A stretch of 64,000 nucleotides of DNA from Stellaceae bacterium (GTDB taxonomy: Bacteria; Pseudomonadota; Alphaproteobacteria; ATCC43930; CGMCC-115725): positions 1,439 to 65,438 of the forward strand of contig JBGPOZ010000001.1 of assembly GCA_041488295.1 (NCBI GenBank), in the 5' to 3' direction. Shown one piece after another: positions 28,998 to 38,692 of this stretch. Each line of letters begins with the position of its first letter. Positions within the stretch are counted from its first letter, which is position 1. Both the position numbers and the translations under genes were made by a program. The notes under the pieces are model-generated. The model ran no database searches, was not told the DNA's origin, and saw only the letters and a program-made list of their open reading frames with translations.

Positions 28998-30140
28998 ATG
29001 ACAATCCTCGTTGCCGGACTGCTCGCCGCGAGCATTGCCGGTTCACTCTACCTTGTGCTCGCCGCTATCGCGGTCCGCCAATTCGCGAAACGCGCCGCGT
29101 CGGCTGCGGGACCGCCGATGAAGATCACGGTCCTGAAGCCGCTTCGCGGCGAGGATCCGGAACTCTACGACAATCTGCGCTCCTTCTGCGACCAGGATCA
29201 TCCGGAGTACCAGGTCGTCTTCGCGGTCCGTAACGCCGAGGATGCGGCCGTGCCGGTGGTGCGCCGCCTCATCGCCGATCTCCCCGGCCGGGATCTCTCG
29301 CTGGTGATCGATGCACGCACCGGGGGCAGCAATCTCAAGGTTGCCAACCTCGAGAACATGATGGCATCGGCGAAGCATCAAATTCTCGTCATCGCCGACA
29401 GCGACATGCGGGTGCGGCGAGACTACCTCACGATCGTGACGGCGCCGCTTGCTGAGGATGAGGTCGGTCTCGTCACGTGCCTGTATCGCGGCCGGGCGAT
29501 CGCCGGGTTCGCGGCGCGACTCGGCGCTCTTTGGGTCAATCATGCCTTTCTTCCCTCCGCCATCGTCGCGGAGCGGGTGCGGCCGGGAGATGCCTGCTTC
29601 GGCGCGACGATGGCGTTGCGCCGCGCGACGCTCGAGGCGATCGGAGGTTTCGCCCGGCTACGCGACCATCTTGCCGACGACTACGCCTTGGGCGCGGCGG
29701 TCCGCGGTCTTGGAAAGCGGATCGAGCTGTCGCCGCTTCTCGTCGACACGATCGTCGCCGATGCATCAATCGGCGCGCTCATCGGCCATGAGCTGCGCTG
29801 GATGCGGACGATCCGGTCGATCGCGCCCTTGGGATTCGCCGCTTCCTTCATAACCCACCCCTTGGCGCTGGCGACGCTCGCGACCATCGCCGCCGGTTTC
29901 ACCTTGCCGACATTGACCGCAATCGTGGCGATCCTCGGCTGCCGGCTGGCGACAATCCGCCTCGCCGAGCGAGCCCTCGACCTGCCGCGAACCCCCGCTT
30001 GGCTTGTGCCGATACGCGATTTGTTGTCCTTCTCGGTGTTTGCGGCTAGTTTCTGCGGCAACACCGTGGCATGGCGCGACCGCAAGTTCCGCATCGACGC
30101 GGAAGGGCGGCTCGTCGCGAATGGAGATACCGGCGCATGA
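28998..30140 (+). CDS. hpnI: hopanoid glycosyltransferase HpnI (ceramide glucosyltransferase-like GT2/GT21)
   Basis: 380 aa with VLKPLRG, ADSDM and HELRWMRT motifs. ATGA-coupled to the radical SAM gene hpnJ. Confidence 0.8.
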   Translation: MTILVAGLLAASIAGSLYLVLAAIAVRQFAKRAASAAGPPMKITVLKPLRGEDPELYDNLRSFCDQDHPEYQVVFAVRNAEDAAVPVVRRLIADLPGRDLSLVIDARTGGSNLKVANLENMMASAKHQILVIADSDMRVRRDYLTIVTAPLAEDEVGLVTCLYRGRAIAGFAARLGALWVNHAFLPSAIVAERVRPGDACFGATMALRRATLEAIGGFARLRDHLADDYALGAAVRGLGKRIELSPLLVDTIVADASIGALIGHELRWMRTIRSIAPLGFAASFITHPLALATLATIAAGFTLPTLTAIVAILGCRLATIRLAERALDLPRTPAWLVPIRDLLSFSVFAASFCGNTVAWRDRKFRIDAEGRLVANGDTGA

Positions 30141-31564
30141 TGAAGACCCTGTTCCTGCAACCGCCGTCCTTTGATGGGTTCGACGGCGGCGCCGGATCGC
30201 GCTATCAGGCGCGGCGCGAGATCCGCTCGTTCTGGTATCCGACCTGGCTCGCCCAGCCCGCCGCGCTTGTTCCCGGCAGCCGGCTCATCGACGCACCACC
30301 TGCCGGCACCAAGCTTGCCGACATCCTGCCGCTCGCGCGGGATTACGACCTCGTCGTCATCCACACATCGACCCCGTCCTTCGCCTCCGACGCCAAGGTC
30401 GCGGCGGCGCTGAAGGACCACAATCCCAATCTGAAAATCGGCTTCGTCGGCGCCAAGGTGGCGGTCGAACCCGGAGAGAGCCTCGCGGCGTCGCGCGCGA
30501 TCGATTTCGTCGCGCGCAACGAATTTGATTTCACGATCAAGGAGATCGCGGAGGGCCGGTCGTTCGACAAGGTCGACGGGATCAGCTACCGCGACGGCAC
30601 GGGCGGGATCACGCACAATCTCGATCGGGCGATTCTCGAGGACATGGATCGCCTGCCATTCGTCACCGAGGTCTATAAGCGCGATCTGAAGATCGAGAAC
30701 TACTTCATCGGCTATCTGAAGCACCCCTACGTTTCGCTCTACACCGGCCGCGGCTGCAAATCGCGTTGCACCTTCTGCCTTTGGCCGCAGACGGTGGGCG
30801 GTCATCGCTACCGCGTGCGCAGCCCCGGCCACGTCGCCGAGGAAATCGCGCTCGCCAAGCAGTATTTCCCGCAGGTGCGCGAATTCTTCTTCGATGACGA
30901 CACCTTCACCGACAATCTGCCGCGCGCCGAGGCGATCGCGAAGGAGCTCGGCAAGCTCGGCGTCACCTGGTCGTGCAACGCCAAGGCGAATGTCCCGCGC
31001 GAGACGCTCAAGGTTTTGAAAGACAACGGCCTTCGACTTCTTCTCGTCGGCTACGAATCGGGCAACCAACAGATCCTTCACAACATCAAGAAGGGCATGC
31101 TGATCGACGTCGCCAAGCGGTTCACCAAGGACTGCCACGAGCTCGGCATCACGATCCACGGCACCTTCATCCTCGGCCTTCCCGGCGAGACCAAGGAAAC
31201 GATCGAGCAGACGATCAAGTTCGCCACCGAGATCAACCCGCATACCATCCAGGTCTCGCTGGCCGCACCCTATCCCGGGACCTTCCTCTACAAGCAGGCG
31301 GTCGAAAACGGCTGGCTCGACGTGGCGCATGCCGAGTTGATCGACGAGCATGGCGTCCAGATCGCGCCGCTCAACTACCCGCATCTCTCGCATAGCGAGA
31401 TCTTCGATTCGGTCGAGGTCTTCTATAAGCGCTTCTACTTCCGCGCCGGCAAGATCGCCTCGATCGTCAACGAGATGGTGCGGAGCCCGCAGATGATGAA
31501 GCGTCGCTTGCGCGAGGGGGTCGAGTTCTTCCACTTCCTGCGCGAACGGCAGATGGCAAGCTAG
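30137..31564 (+). CDS. hpnJ: hopanoid biosynthesis-associated B12-binding radical SAM protein HpnJ
   Basis: ATG 30137 (MMKTLFLQPPSFDGFDGGAGSRYQ...), radical SAM CKSRCTFC, about 475 aa. Confidence 0.85.
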   Translation: MMKTLFLQPPSFDGFDGGAGSRYQARREIRSFWYPTWLAQPAALVPGSRLIDAPPAGTKLADILPLARDYDLVVIHTSTPSFASDAKVAAALKDHNPNLKIGFVGAKVAVEPGESLAASRAIDFVARNEFDFTIKEIAEGRSFDKVDGISYRDGTGGITHNLDRAILEDMDRLPFVTEVYKRDLKIENYFIGYLKHPYVSLYTGRGCKSRCTFCLWPQTVGGHRYRVRSPGHVAEEIALAKQYFPQVREFFFDDDTFTDNLPRAEAIAKELGKLGVTWSCNAKANVPRETLKVLKDNGLRLLLVGYESGNQQILHNIKKGMLIDVAKRFTKDCHELGITIHGTFILGLPGETKETIEQTIKFATEINPHTIQVSLAAPYPGTFLYKQAVENGWLDVAHAELIDEHGVQIAPLNYPHLSHSEIFDSVEVFYKRFYFRAGKIASIVNEMVRSPQMMKRRLREGVEFFHFLRERQMAS

Positions 31565-31852
31565 TGGTCGAAACCTGATCACCAGATGACGTCAGTTGTT
31601 CGAGCAGTACCATCCATCACCAGCAGTTCAAGGCCCGCTTCATGCGCACCTCGGCGCCGACCTTGATCGACGGCATCGAGAAGTACCTCGCCTCCGTCAT
31701 GTTTTTGTGTTCGACTTGACTTCGGTGCGTCCCAATAGCTTTGGCACCCGTTTTGGCGGCGATCCGGGCTTGCGAAGAACCCGAAGACCAACGGCCACCT
31801 GGAGAATGTCGGTTTGGTTGAACGGCCGCGCGACGAACCCAGCTTGCTCAAG

Positions 31853-33079
31853 ATGTCAGTTGAGAAAGTCGAGACGCTGATCGTCGGCGGCGGTCAGGCC
31901 GGGTTGGCGATGAGCGAGCAACTCAGCAAGCGCGGCCTGTCCCACCTCGTCGTGGAACGGCATCGGATTGCCGAACGCTGGCGCTCGGAAAGGTGGGACG
32001 GTTTGCACGCCAACGGTCCCGCCTGGCATGACAGATTGCCGGGCTTACCTATCGCCGGCGTTGATCCCGACGGCTTTGCGACGCGCAACCAGATGGTCGA
32101 CTATTTTGTCTCCTACGCCGAACGGATCGCCGCACCCGTCCGTTGCGGCGTCGCGGTGACGGCGCTACGCAAGAGGGCCGACGGGACCGGCTTCCGCGCC
32201 GAAACGTCGGAGGGCACGATCGAAGCCACCAACGTGGTCGCAGCCACCGGACCGTTTCAACGCCCGATCATTCCGGCCGTCGTGCCGCCGGAAGCCGGGA
32301 TCGTGCAGATGCATTCCAACAGATACCGCAATCCCAGCCAGTTGCCGGAGGGCGCGGTGCTGGTGGTCGGGGCCGGTTCTTCGGGTGCTCAGATCGCCGA
32401 CGAACTTTCGCGCGCGGGCCGGCGCGTCTATCTGTCCGTCAGCCGCCATGAGCGGCCTCCCAGACGCTATCGCGGGCGTGACTTCTGCTGGTGGCTGGGT
32501 GTCCTGGGTCTGTGGGAGGCCACGGCCCGCCATCCGTCAGAGAAGCACGTCACGATCGCGGTCAGCGGCGCCTATGGCGGCCGCACCATCGACTTTCGGC
32601 GCCTTGCGGCGCGCGGGGTGATGCTGTTGGGCAGGGCGGAGGCCTTCGGGGATGGTGTCATGCGCTTCTCCCCCGACCTGACGAGCAATCTCGCGCAAGG
32701 CGATGCGTCCTACCTGTCCTTGCTCGACACAGCCGACGCATATGTTGCTCGGGAAGGCCTCGACCTGCCCGAGGAGCCAGCGGCTCGAACGGTCGAACCG
32801 GAGCCGACATGCGTCACCGACCCCATCCTACGGCTGAACCTCCACGGAGCCGGAATAGCCGCTATCGTCTGGGCAACGGGATACGCGCTCGATTTCGGCT
32901 GGGTGAAGGTCGGCGCATTTGACGATCGCGGCGTGCCGGTGCATCGGCGCGGCGTAACAGATGTGCCCGGGCTTTACTTCCTTGGGCTGAGCTGGCTGTC
33001 CCGAAGGGCGTCGAGCTTCATCTTTGGTGTCGAACACGACGCGGCGCATCTGGCGGAGCATATCGCCGCGCGCGCGTAG
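31853..33079 (+). CDS. flavin-containing monooxygenase-like NAD(P)/FAD-dependent oxidoreductase
   Basis: ATG 31853. Two dinucleotide-binding motifs (GGGQAGLA and GAGSSGAQIA) plus the C-terminal ATGY motif. Confidence 0.8.
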   Translation: MSVEKVETLIVGGGQAGLAMSEQLSKRGLSHLVVERHRIAERWRSERWDGLHANGPAWHDRLPGLPIAGVDPDGFATRNQMVDYFVSYAERIAAPVRCGVAVTALRKRADGTGFRAETSEGTIEATNVVAATGPFQRPIIPAVVPPEAGIVQMHSNRYRNPSQLPEGAVLVVGAGSSGAQIADELSRAGRRVYLSVSRHERPPRRYRGRDFCWWLGVLGLWEATARHPSEKHVTIAVSGAYGGRTIDFRRLAARGVMLLGRAEAFGDGVMRFSPDLTSNLAQGDASYLSLLDTADAYVAREGLDLPEEPAARTVEPEPTCVTDPILRLNLHGAGIAAIVWATGYALDFGWVKVGAFDDRGVPVHRRGVTDVPGLYFLGLSWLSRRASSFIFGVEHDAAHLAEHIAARA

Positions 33080-33222
33080 CGGCCGCCATCCATCGGCGCG
33101 GCGACGGACGCCACCGCGCGATTGGCCGGGAATGGACTGTCAGCCACCGGCATCGACTTTTGCTGCGCCCGCGCCGCGAGCGACCACGCTGCCGCCGCAC
33201 CGCCCATTGCGGCGATGACCCG

Positions 33223-35796
33223 CTAGCGCCGGACGGGTCCTTGCAATGCCGGCAGGACGAAGAGCGTGCACACCAGCGTATAGAAGAGAGACATCGTCAG
33301 GAGCCGCCCCATCTCGGCCGTTCCGGGATGGGACGATAGGGCGAGGCTGCCGAAAGCCGTTGCCGTGGTGAGGGCGCTGAACAGGACGGCGCGCGCCGTG
33401 CTCGATTGCAAGGGACCCGCGAGCCCGGCGCGCCAACGCATTACGAAGTAGATGTCGAACGCGACGCCGATACCGAGCAGCAACGGCAGCGCGATGATGT
33501 TGGCATAGTTGAGCGGCAGGCCGGCGAGGACGCTGGTCGCCGCGGTCAAGAGGCCGGCCAGGAGCAGCGGGGCGAGCACGAGTGCGACATCGCGCACGCT
33601 CCGCAGCATCGCCAGCAGCAACAACGTGATGGCAACCACGGCGATCCATCCGGCGCGGATGAAAGCGCCGACCACGGTATTTCCGGATTCGAGGATCGTG
33701 ACCGGTGAACCCGTCGCTTCCGGGGCGATCGCTCGCACCGCGGCGACGAAACGAAGCAGAATTTCATGGTCGCGCGCATCGCCCTTGGGAAAGACCTGAA
33801 TCCGGGCGCGACCGTCCGATGCGACCCAGTCGCGGCGCAGCTCGTCGGGCAGGTTCGCCATCGTCACGGGTTCCGCCGCCAGCGACGCTCGCAGATCATC
33901 GAGCCGGCGGCGCAGTTCCGAGACGATGCTCTCGTTGAGTTGGGGCAGCACGGCGGCGCCGCGGTGCCCGACCTCCTCGAGCAGCGATGCGAGCCGAGCC
34001 GCCGGGTTTCCCGCGCCTAGTCCGGAAATGTCGCGAAGGTTGTGCGCGCAAGCGGCGATCGTCGCGAGATTGGCAGCGTCGTCCGGCGGCGGCGCTACCT
34101 GCAGCGGCGACAAGGTCGGGCCGAGCAACAGCGCCGCATCGCTCAATATCGCGAGCTTTTCCGGCTGCTGATCGGGAACGAAACTCGACACGGTCACGAC
34201 CTGCGCCACGTCCGACAGCTTTTCGAGCAGCGCCGCGCGCGCGTCGGCCTCGTCAATCGAAGGCATCAGGATGTCGATGGTGTAGGGCGTCGTCGACGGG
34301 TCCTTCATGAGATCGAAGAGCGTCGACATCGATTCGCTGTGCGGATCCTTGAGATTGAGCGGGTCGAAATCGAACCGCCATTGCGGCAGAAGGATGACGC
34401 CGAGCACGGCGGCGACGGCGGCGACGCCGATGACGGAACGCCGGTGGTGCAGCAGGAAGTCGTCGATGCCCGCCGCCCATGCATAGCCCACAGGCTCGGC
34501 CTCTCCCGGCGGTCGCAAGAGCTTCAATGTCGCCGGGAGCATCGTCAGATTGAGAATGAAGGCGATAATCATGCTGGTGCCGGCGATGAGGCCGAGCTCG
34601 GAAACGCCGGAATAGTCGGTCGGCACGAACGCGAAAAAGCCGACCGCCGTCGCGCCTGCAGCGAGCGCCAAGGAGCCGCCGATTCCAAGCCCCGCCCGGT
34701 TGATCGATTGGCTGAGGTCGCCGACATGGTGCCGTTCATCGCGGTAGCGGACGCTGAATTGGATGCTGAAATCGACGGCGATGCCGATGAAGAGCACGGC
34801 AAAGGCAATCGAGATGAGGTTGAGCGCACCGACAGCGGCGGCTGCGAATGCCGACGTCACGGCAAGACCCACGAGCAAGGTTACGACGATCGCCAGGATG
34901 AGACGCCACGAGCGAAGCGCAAGGAAGAGCATGAGGCAGACGAGCGCTAGCGACAGGATTGTGGTGCCGGCCGCGCCTTGCCTCACGCTGGCAAATTCCT
35001 CGTCGGACAATGCAACGGAGCCGGTCAGGCGGACGCGGACGCCATGGTCGGGGGTGAGACCGAGCTGCTCTGCCTCGGTGCGAAGCGCTTGGCTCGCCCG
35101 GGCACCCGGCTGAAGCGCGCTGTAGTCGAGCACCGGCTGGACCAGAACGAACCGCCGCAGCTCCTCCGGGTGCGGCGTGCGCCCCGTGAGAAGGCTGTCC
35201 CAGGAAAGATGCGGCGCCTTTCCGGCGAGTACCGCTTCGGTCGTGTCGGCGAGCGTCGTCAGCGGCGCGTTGAGGGCGGTGACCGCGATGTCGCCATGCT
35301 TGACGCCTTCCGTGGCAAGGCTGATCGACGAGAAGAGGCCGCGTAGACTGGGATCGGCGGCGAGCGCGCCGAGCATCGGCTGCGCGGCGATGAGCTGGTC
35401 GGCGACATCCTGCACCTCCTTCGCGGACAAGAAGAGCAGACCGTTGTGCTTGAAGAATTCACCGCCGCCCGGTTGCTGCACGCCCTTGAAGAGGTCGGGG
35501 TGCTGGAGCGCCCACCGCGCCAGAGCAGCGGCGCCGTCCTCCGCCAGCCCCGAGGTTGCGCCGTCGACGACGATTGCGAGCTGGTCGACATTCTGCGGAA
35601 AGGCGCGATCGAGCTCGGCATCGCGCTGGCGCCACGACAAACTCGGCGAGATCAAATCCGCGGTGTCGGTGTTGATCTTGAGATGTTCGGCGGCATAGAG
35701 GCTGCAGAGTGCCGCGGCGAGAATACCCGCGGCAAACACCGCAGCAGCGCCGCGCGTGCTCCACCCGACGAGCCAGTGGATGACCCGGGTCAGCAT
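33223..35796 (-). CDS. hpnN: RND/MMPL-family hopanoid transporter HpnN
   Basis: 857 aa with two 6-TM bundles and large periplasmic loops. The N-terminus and size fit HpnN, and it lies within the hpn cluster. Confidence 0.85.
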   Translation of the reverse strand: MLTRVIHWLVGWSTRGAAAVFAAGILAAALCSLYAAEHLKINTDTADLISPSLSWRQRDAELDRAFPQNVDQLAIVVDGATSGLAEDGAAALARWALQHPDLFKGVQQPGGGEFFKHNGLLFLSAKEVQDVADQLIAAQPMLGALAADPSLRGLFSSISLATEGVKHGDIAVTALNAPLTTLADTTEAVLAGKAPHLSWDSLLTGRTPHPEELRRFVLVQPVLDYSALQPGARASQALRTEAEQLGLTPDHGVRVRLTGSVALSDEEFASVRQGAAGTTILSLALVCLMLFLALRSWRLILAIVVTLLVGLAVTSAFAAAAVGALNLISIAFAVLFIGIAVDFSIQFSVRYRDERHHVGDLSQSINRAGLGIGGSLALAAGATAVGFFAFVPTDYSGVSELGLIAGTSMIIAFILNLTMLPATLKLLRPPGEAEPVGYAWAAGIDDFLLHHRRSVIGVAAVAAVLGVILLPQWRFDFDPLNLKDPHSESMSTLFDLMKDPSTTPYTIDILMPSIDEADARAALLEKLSDVAQVVTVSSFVPDQQPEKLAILSDAALLLGPTLSPLQVAPPPDDAANLATIAACAHNLRDISGLGAGNPAARLASLLEEVGHRGAAVLPQLNESIVSELRRRLDDLRASLAAEPVTMANLPDELRRDWVASDGRARIQVFPKGDARDHEILLRFVAAVRAIAPEATGSPVTILESGNTVVGAFIRAGWIAVVAITLLLLAMLRSVRDVALVLAPLLLAGLLTAATSVLAGLPLNYANIIALPLLLGIGVAFDIYFVMRWRAGLAGPLQSSTARAVLFSALTTATAFGSLALSSHPGTAEMGRLLTMSLFYTLVCTLFVLPALQGPVRR

Positions 35797-35829
35797 CGAT
35801 CGGACAGCGCGGCGCGGGCTGGCCGCATG

Positions 35830-37482
35830 TCAGGCCTCACGATAGGCAAGGAGCAGCAATCCGACCAGAACGAGGCAGGTCGGCCAGATCCAGGCTGGAA
35901 TACGGGCCGCCGGTGGATCGAGGCGGAGTTCCAGCCAGCGCGTCCAGCCGGCAGCGACGCCGAGCAAGGCCAAAGGCAGATGTGTCATCTCGATGAGCAT
36001 CTGGTCCTTGACGTTCGACAAAGCGTGCGAATGCGCGAGGAGCAGCGCTCCGCCGATCGCGGTGATGACCGGGAAAACGAAGGCAGCCTTCGGCGACGCC
36101 GTCCGGCCGGTGCGGACGCGCCATTCGAAGATCGCAAAACCGATGATCAACACGACGAAGATCCGATGCTGCAGGACCTCGGGGTCGCGCAGGCTCTCGA
36201 AGAAGCCGATATCGCCGAGCGGCCAGGTCTCGGGATCGGAGCGAAGGAAGAGGAACGCGGCAAGAACGAGAAAGAGGAGCGGCCAATTGCGCGCCCACCG
36301 GACGCGTCCGCTCCGTTCGGCAAGCGCCAGAATGCCGATGGCGAGGACGAGGATGCCCGCCCAATGGTGATTGTACTCGGACCAGGCGATGTCCTCGGCG
36401 TTGCGGGGCGGCAACTCGCCCATTCCGGGAGCGAAGGCTTGCGGCCTGCCCGCATTCGCCGTCGCCTCGGCATCGAGCCGGCTCTGCAATTGTGAGATCG
36501 CGAGATCGGCGTGGCCGGGGCTCGTCAGCCGCGGCCAGTGAGGAACCAGTCGCTCGACGATTTCGCTGGCGCTCGCCCGATCGCGCGCCGCGAGGTCGCC
36601 GGCCGGGGGCAGGGAGGTGAGGGAGGCGGCGGCGAAGAGAACGGTGATGCCGATCCCGATCTCGGCCTCGGCGAAGCGGCGCATGCGGAGCATCGGTTTG
36701 CGCGGATCGCCGCCCAACCGGTCGATCAGCAGAAAGTTCATGCCGCCGAGCAGCAGGAGACTGCAGAGCAAGGCGATCTTGCCGCCCAGCATGATGCCGT
36801 AGCTGGTGCCGTATGCCGCTTCCCAGCTCCCGGTGTAGGCGACCGCCATGGTGAGGCCCGCGGCGACAAGCACGGCAACGCTCGCCATCGCGATGTGCGA
36901 AAAGCGCTTGCCGACGCGTTGCCAAGATTTTCCGTCGCCGCATTTGGCCAAAGCGAGGATGAGGTATGGGATGCCGCCAAGCCAAACCGCCGCCGCCGCC
37001 TGGTGGAGAAGCTCGGCGGCGCCGAGGACGAGACGATCGTCGAGCCTTGCCGCAGCATGGCTCGACGCGGTCTGCGCAATGAGGATGATTGCAGCGCATG
37101 CGAGGAGCCCGAAGGTAGAGGGCGCTCGGCTGGACGGCTTGCTCATCATGGCGATCACCGTGGAAGCACCGATGATTGCAAGGCCGGCCAGCACGAAATC
37201 GGCGCCGATCGTCTCGATGAAGGACAATCCGGCGGAATCGGCGAGGATCGCTGCCTCGAGCGCGATGGAGACGGCGGTGACCACGGCAAAGCCGAGTGCG
37301 CTGCAGCGCAGCAACGTAGCGCTCGAGCGCGCAATGCCGGTTCCCGCATCGAGCGAGGCGGCGAGAGGCCGCACAAGGAGAAAGAGAAACGCGATTCCGC
37401 CCAACGTCAGCGACTGCGCCGTCACCGCCAGGCCGCGCAGGATGACGCTCAAGAACCCAAAGGCGTCGAGGAGAAGCGACAT
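35830..37482 (-). CDS. copD: CopD family copper-resistance/transport membrane protein with a long C-terminal membrane extension
   Basis: 550 aa and polytopic. It lies 10 nt downstream of copC. The N-terminal roughly 300 aa is CopD-like. The C-terminal roughly 230 aa adds helices with His motifs (NHHW, HSH). Confidence 0.75.
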   Translation of the reverse strand: MSLLLDAFGFLSVILRGLAVTAQSLTLGGIAFLFLLVRPLAASLDAGTGIARSSATLLRCSALGFAVVTAVSIALEAAILADSAGLSFIETIGADFVLAGLAIIGASTVIAMMSKPSSRAPSTFGLLACAAIILIAQTASSHAAARLDDRLVLGAAELLHQAAAAVWLGGIPYLILALAKCGDGKSWQRVGKRFSHIAMASVAVLVAAGLTMAVAYTGSWEAAYGTSYGIMLGGKIALLCSLLLLGGMNFLLIDRLGGDPRKPMLRMRRFAEAEIGIGITVLFAAASLTSLPPAGDLAARDRASASEIVERLVPHWPRLTSPGHADLAISQLQSRLDAEATANAGRPQAFAPGMGELPPRNAEDIAWSEYNHHWAGILVLAIGILALAERSGRVRWARNWPLLFLVLAAFLFLRSDPETWPLGDIGFFESLRDPEVLQHRIFVVLIIGFAIFEWRVRTGRTASPKAAFVFPVITAIGGALLLAHSHALSNVKDQMLIEMTHLPLALLGVAAGWTRWLELRLDPPAARIPAWIWPTCLVLVGLLLLAYREA

Positions 37483-37491
37483 GGCGCCCGA

Positions 37492-37860
37492 TCAGGGCGC
37501 CGCGACGTGAAAGGGGATGTCGCCGCGGGTGATATGTCCATCGACCGCGAGAACCTGCCAGCGCAGCTTGTAATCGCCGGGGCGCAGTCCGGTCGCCGTG
37601 GCGGTCAGTATGTCCGGAGAGGCCGCCTTCGAGAGGACGACGGTGCGAGCCTCTCCATCCGATCCCTCCACGGTAAGGCGCGAGCGTTCCTGATCGATCC
37701 GACTGTTGTACTGCAGCGAAAGCGCGACGTCCGGGCCCCTGACGGTGCCTCCAGCGGCGGGGGTCGAGGCGACGATGATGGCGTGCGCGGAGGCCGCGCC
37801 GCTCGATCCGCAAGAAGCGCCGGCAGAGAGGATGATAAGCGCGGAAAGAGGGACTTGCAT
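37492..37860 (-). CDS. copC: copper-binding periplasmic protein CopC
   Basis: ATG 37860 with signal peptide ...GAASA|HAIIVASTPAAG. The mature N-terminal His and the later VDGH fit a Cu(II) site. No Met-rich Cu(I) loop was seen. Confidence 0.85.
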   Translation of the reverse strand: MQVPLSALIILSAGASCGSSGAASAHAIIVASTPAAGGTVRGPDVALSLQYNSRIDQERSRLTVEGSDGEARTVVLSKAASPDILTATATGLRPGDYKLRWQVLAVDGHITRGDIPFHVAAP

Positions 37861-37945
37861 GGCGCCGCTCTTAGCAGATGGAGTGCGTGGGCGCACGCCG
37901 AAACTTCGCGCGGAACACGGGCCGGATCGAGCTCGCGTACCGCCG

Positions 37946-38593
37946 TCAGGGCCGGTGCAACCACCAATGCGATTCGTTGATCGAGTAGTAGGGCATGTAG
38001 TGTCTGACGCTGTCGGCACGCACGACCTGCCGCACCTGATTGTCGAGAATCACGATCCCGTCATCGACATAGACCGCGACGACGGCATGCGCCACGCGAA
38101 GATTGAGATCCTGGACGACGACGATACGCAGCTCGTCCTCGCTCCAGCCGAGATAACGCAACGAGAAGTACTTGGCGATCGCATAGTCCTTGCAATCGCC
38201 GTCATGCACGGCAAATTCGCGCGGCGTCTCCCAATAATTCGTCTTGTCGAGCACATAAGGGTGAAGGTTGATGAAGCTGTTGACATCGGCGAGCTGCGTG
38301 CGGCGATCCCGGCCGCGCTCGCTGGCGAGAAAGGCAAGCCAATCGATGACGGTACAGCGGTGAAAGCGGGACGGAACGCATGGCGGATCGCCCCGGCGCT
38401 CCTCCGTCTGGTGGCGATCCAGCATATCGGTCCAGCGCGGAAACAGCTTGATGCTGGAGGAGCGCGTCTCGTTGGTGCCGAACAGTTTTGGGTAGAGACG
38501 CGCGCCATCCTCGGCTCGGGCGGGCGCGAACGTCACCGCCGCGACCAGAGTGAGGAGCGCGAAACAGATGGACCGGATGGGAATCTTGCCCAT
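37946..38593 (-). CDS. transglutaminase-like cysteine peptidase (BTLCP, DUF920/LapG-like)
   Basis: ATG 38593 with a signal peptide. YWETPREFAVHDGDCKDYAIAKYFSL...HAVVAVYVDDGIVILDN contains the Cys-His-Asp triad context of BTLCPs. Confidence 0.8.
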   Translation of the reverse strand: MGKIPIRSICFALLTLVAAVTFAPARAEDGARLYPKLFGTNETRSSSIKLFPRWTDMLDRHQTEERRGDPPCVPSRFHRCTVIDWLAFLASERGRDRRTQLADVNSFINLHPYVLDKTNYWETPREFAVHDGDCKDYAIAKYFSLRYLGWSEDELRIVVVQDLNLRVAHAVVAVYVDDGIVILDNQVRQVVRADSVRHYMPYYSINESHWWLHRP

Positions 38594-38692
38594 GCCCGGA
38601 GTGTCGCGGCAAAATCCTAAAATCCCGTTGCCCGGAGCCGAGATGAGCGAGCGCCGCCAAGACCTTGATGGCGAGGTATTTGCGAGCGATCC

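Noticed and set aside
29681-31582. 633-aa minus-strand ORF
   Set aside because: It is antisense to hpnI/hpnJ, whose radical SAM and GT2 motifs are clear on the plus strand.
31579-31880. Short ORFs in the hpnJ-FMO gap (31579..31851 minus, 31596..31880 plus)
   Set aside because: They have no RBS and implausible composition, and they overlap each other. The region is treated as non-coding or a possible gene scar instead.
35837-37813. 658-aa minus-strand ORF overlapping copD/copC in another frame
   Set aside because: The translation is extremely Arg/Pro/Gly-rich. The alternative frame gives coherent polytopic CopD and signal-peptide CopC proteins. There is no slippery-site evidence for a frameshift.
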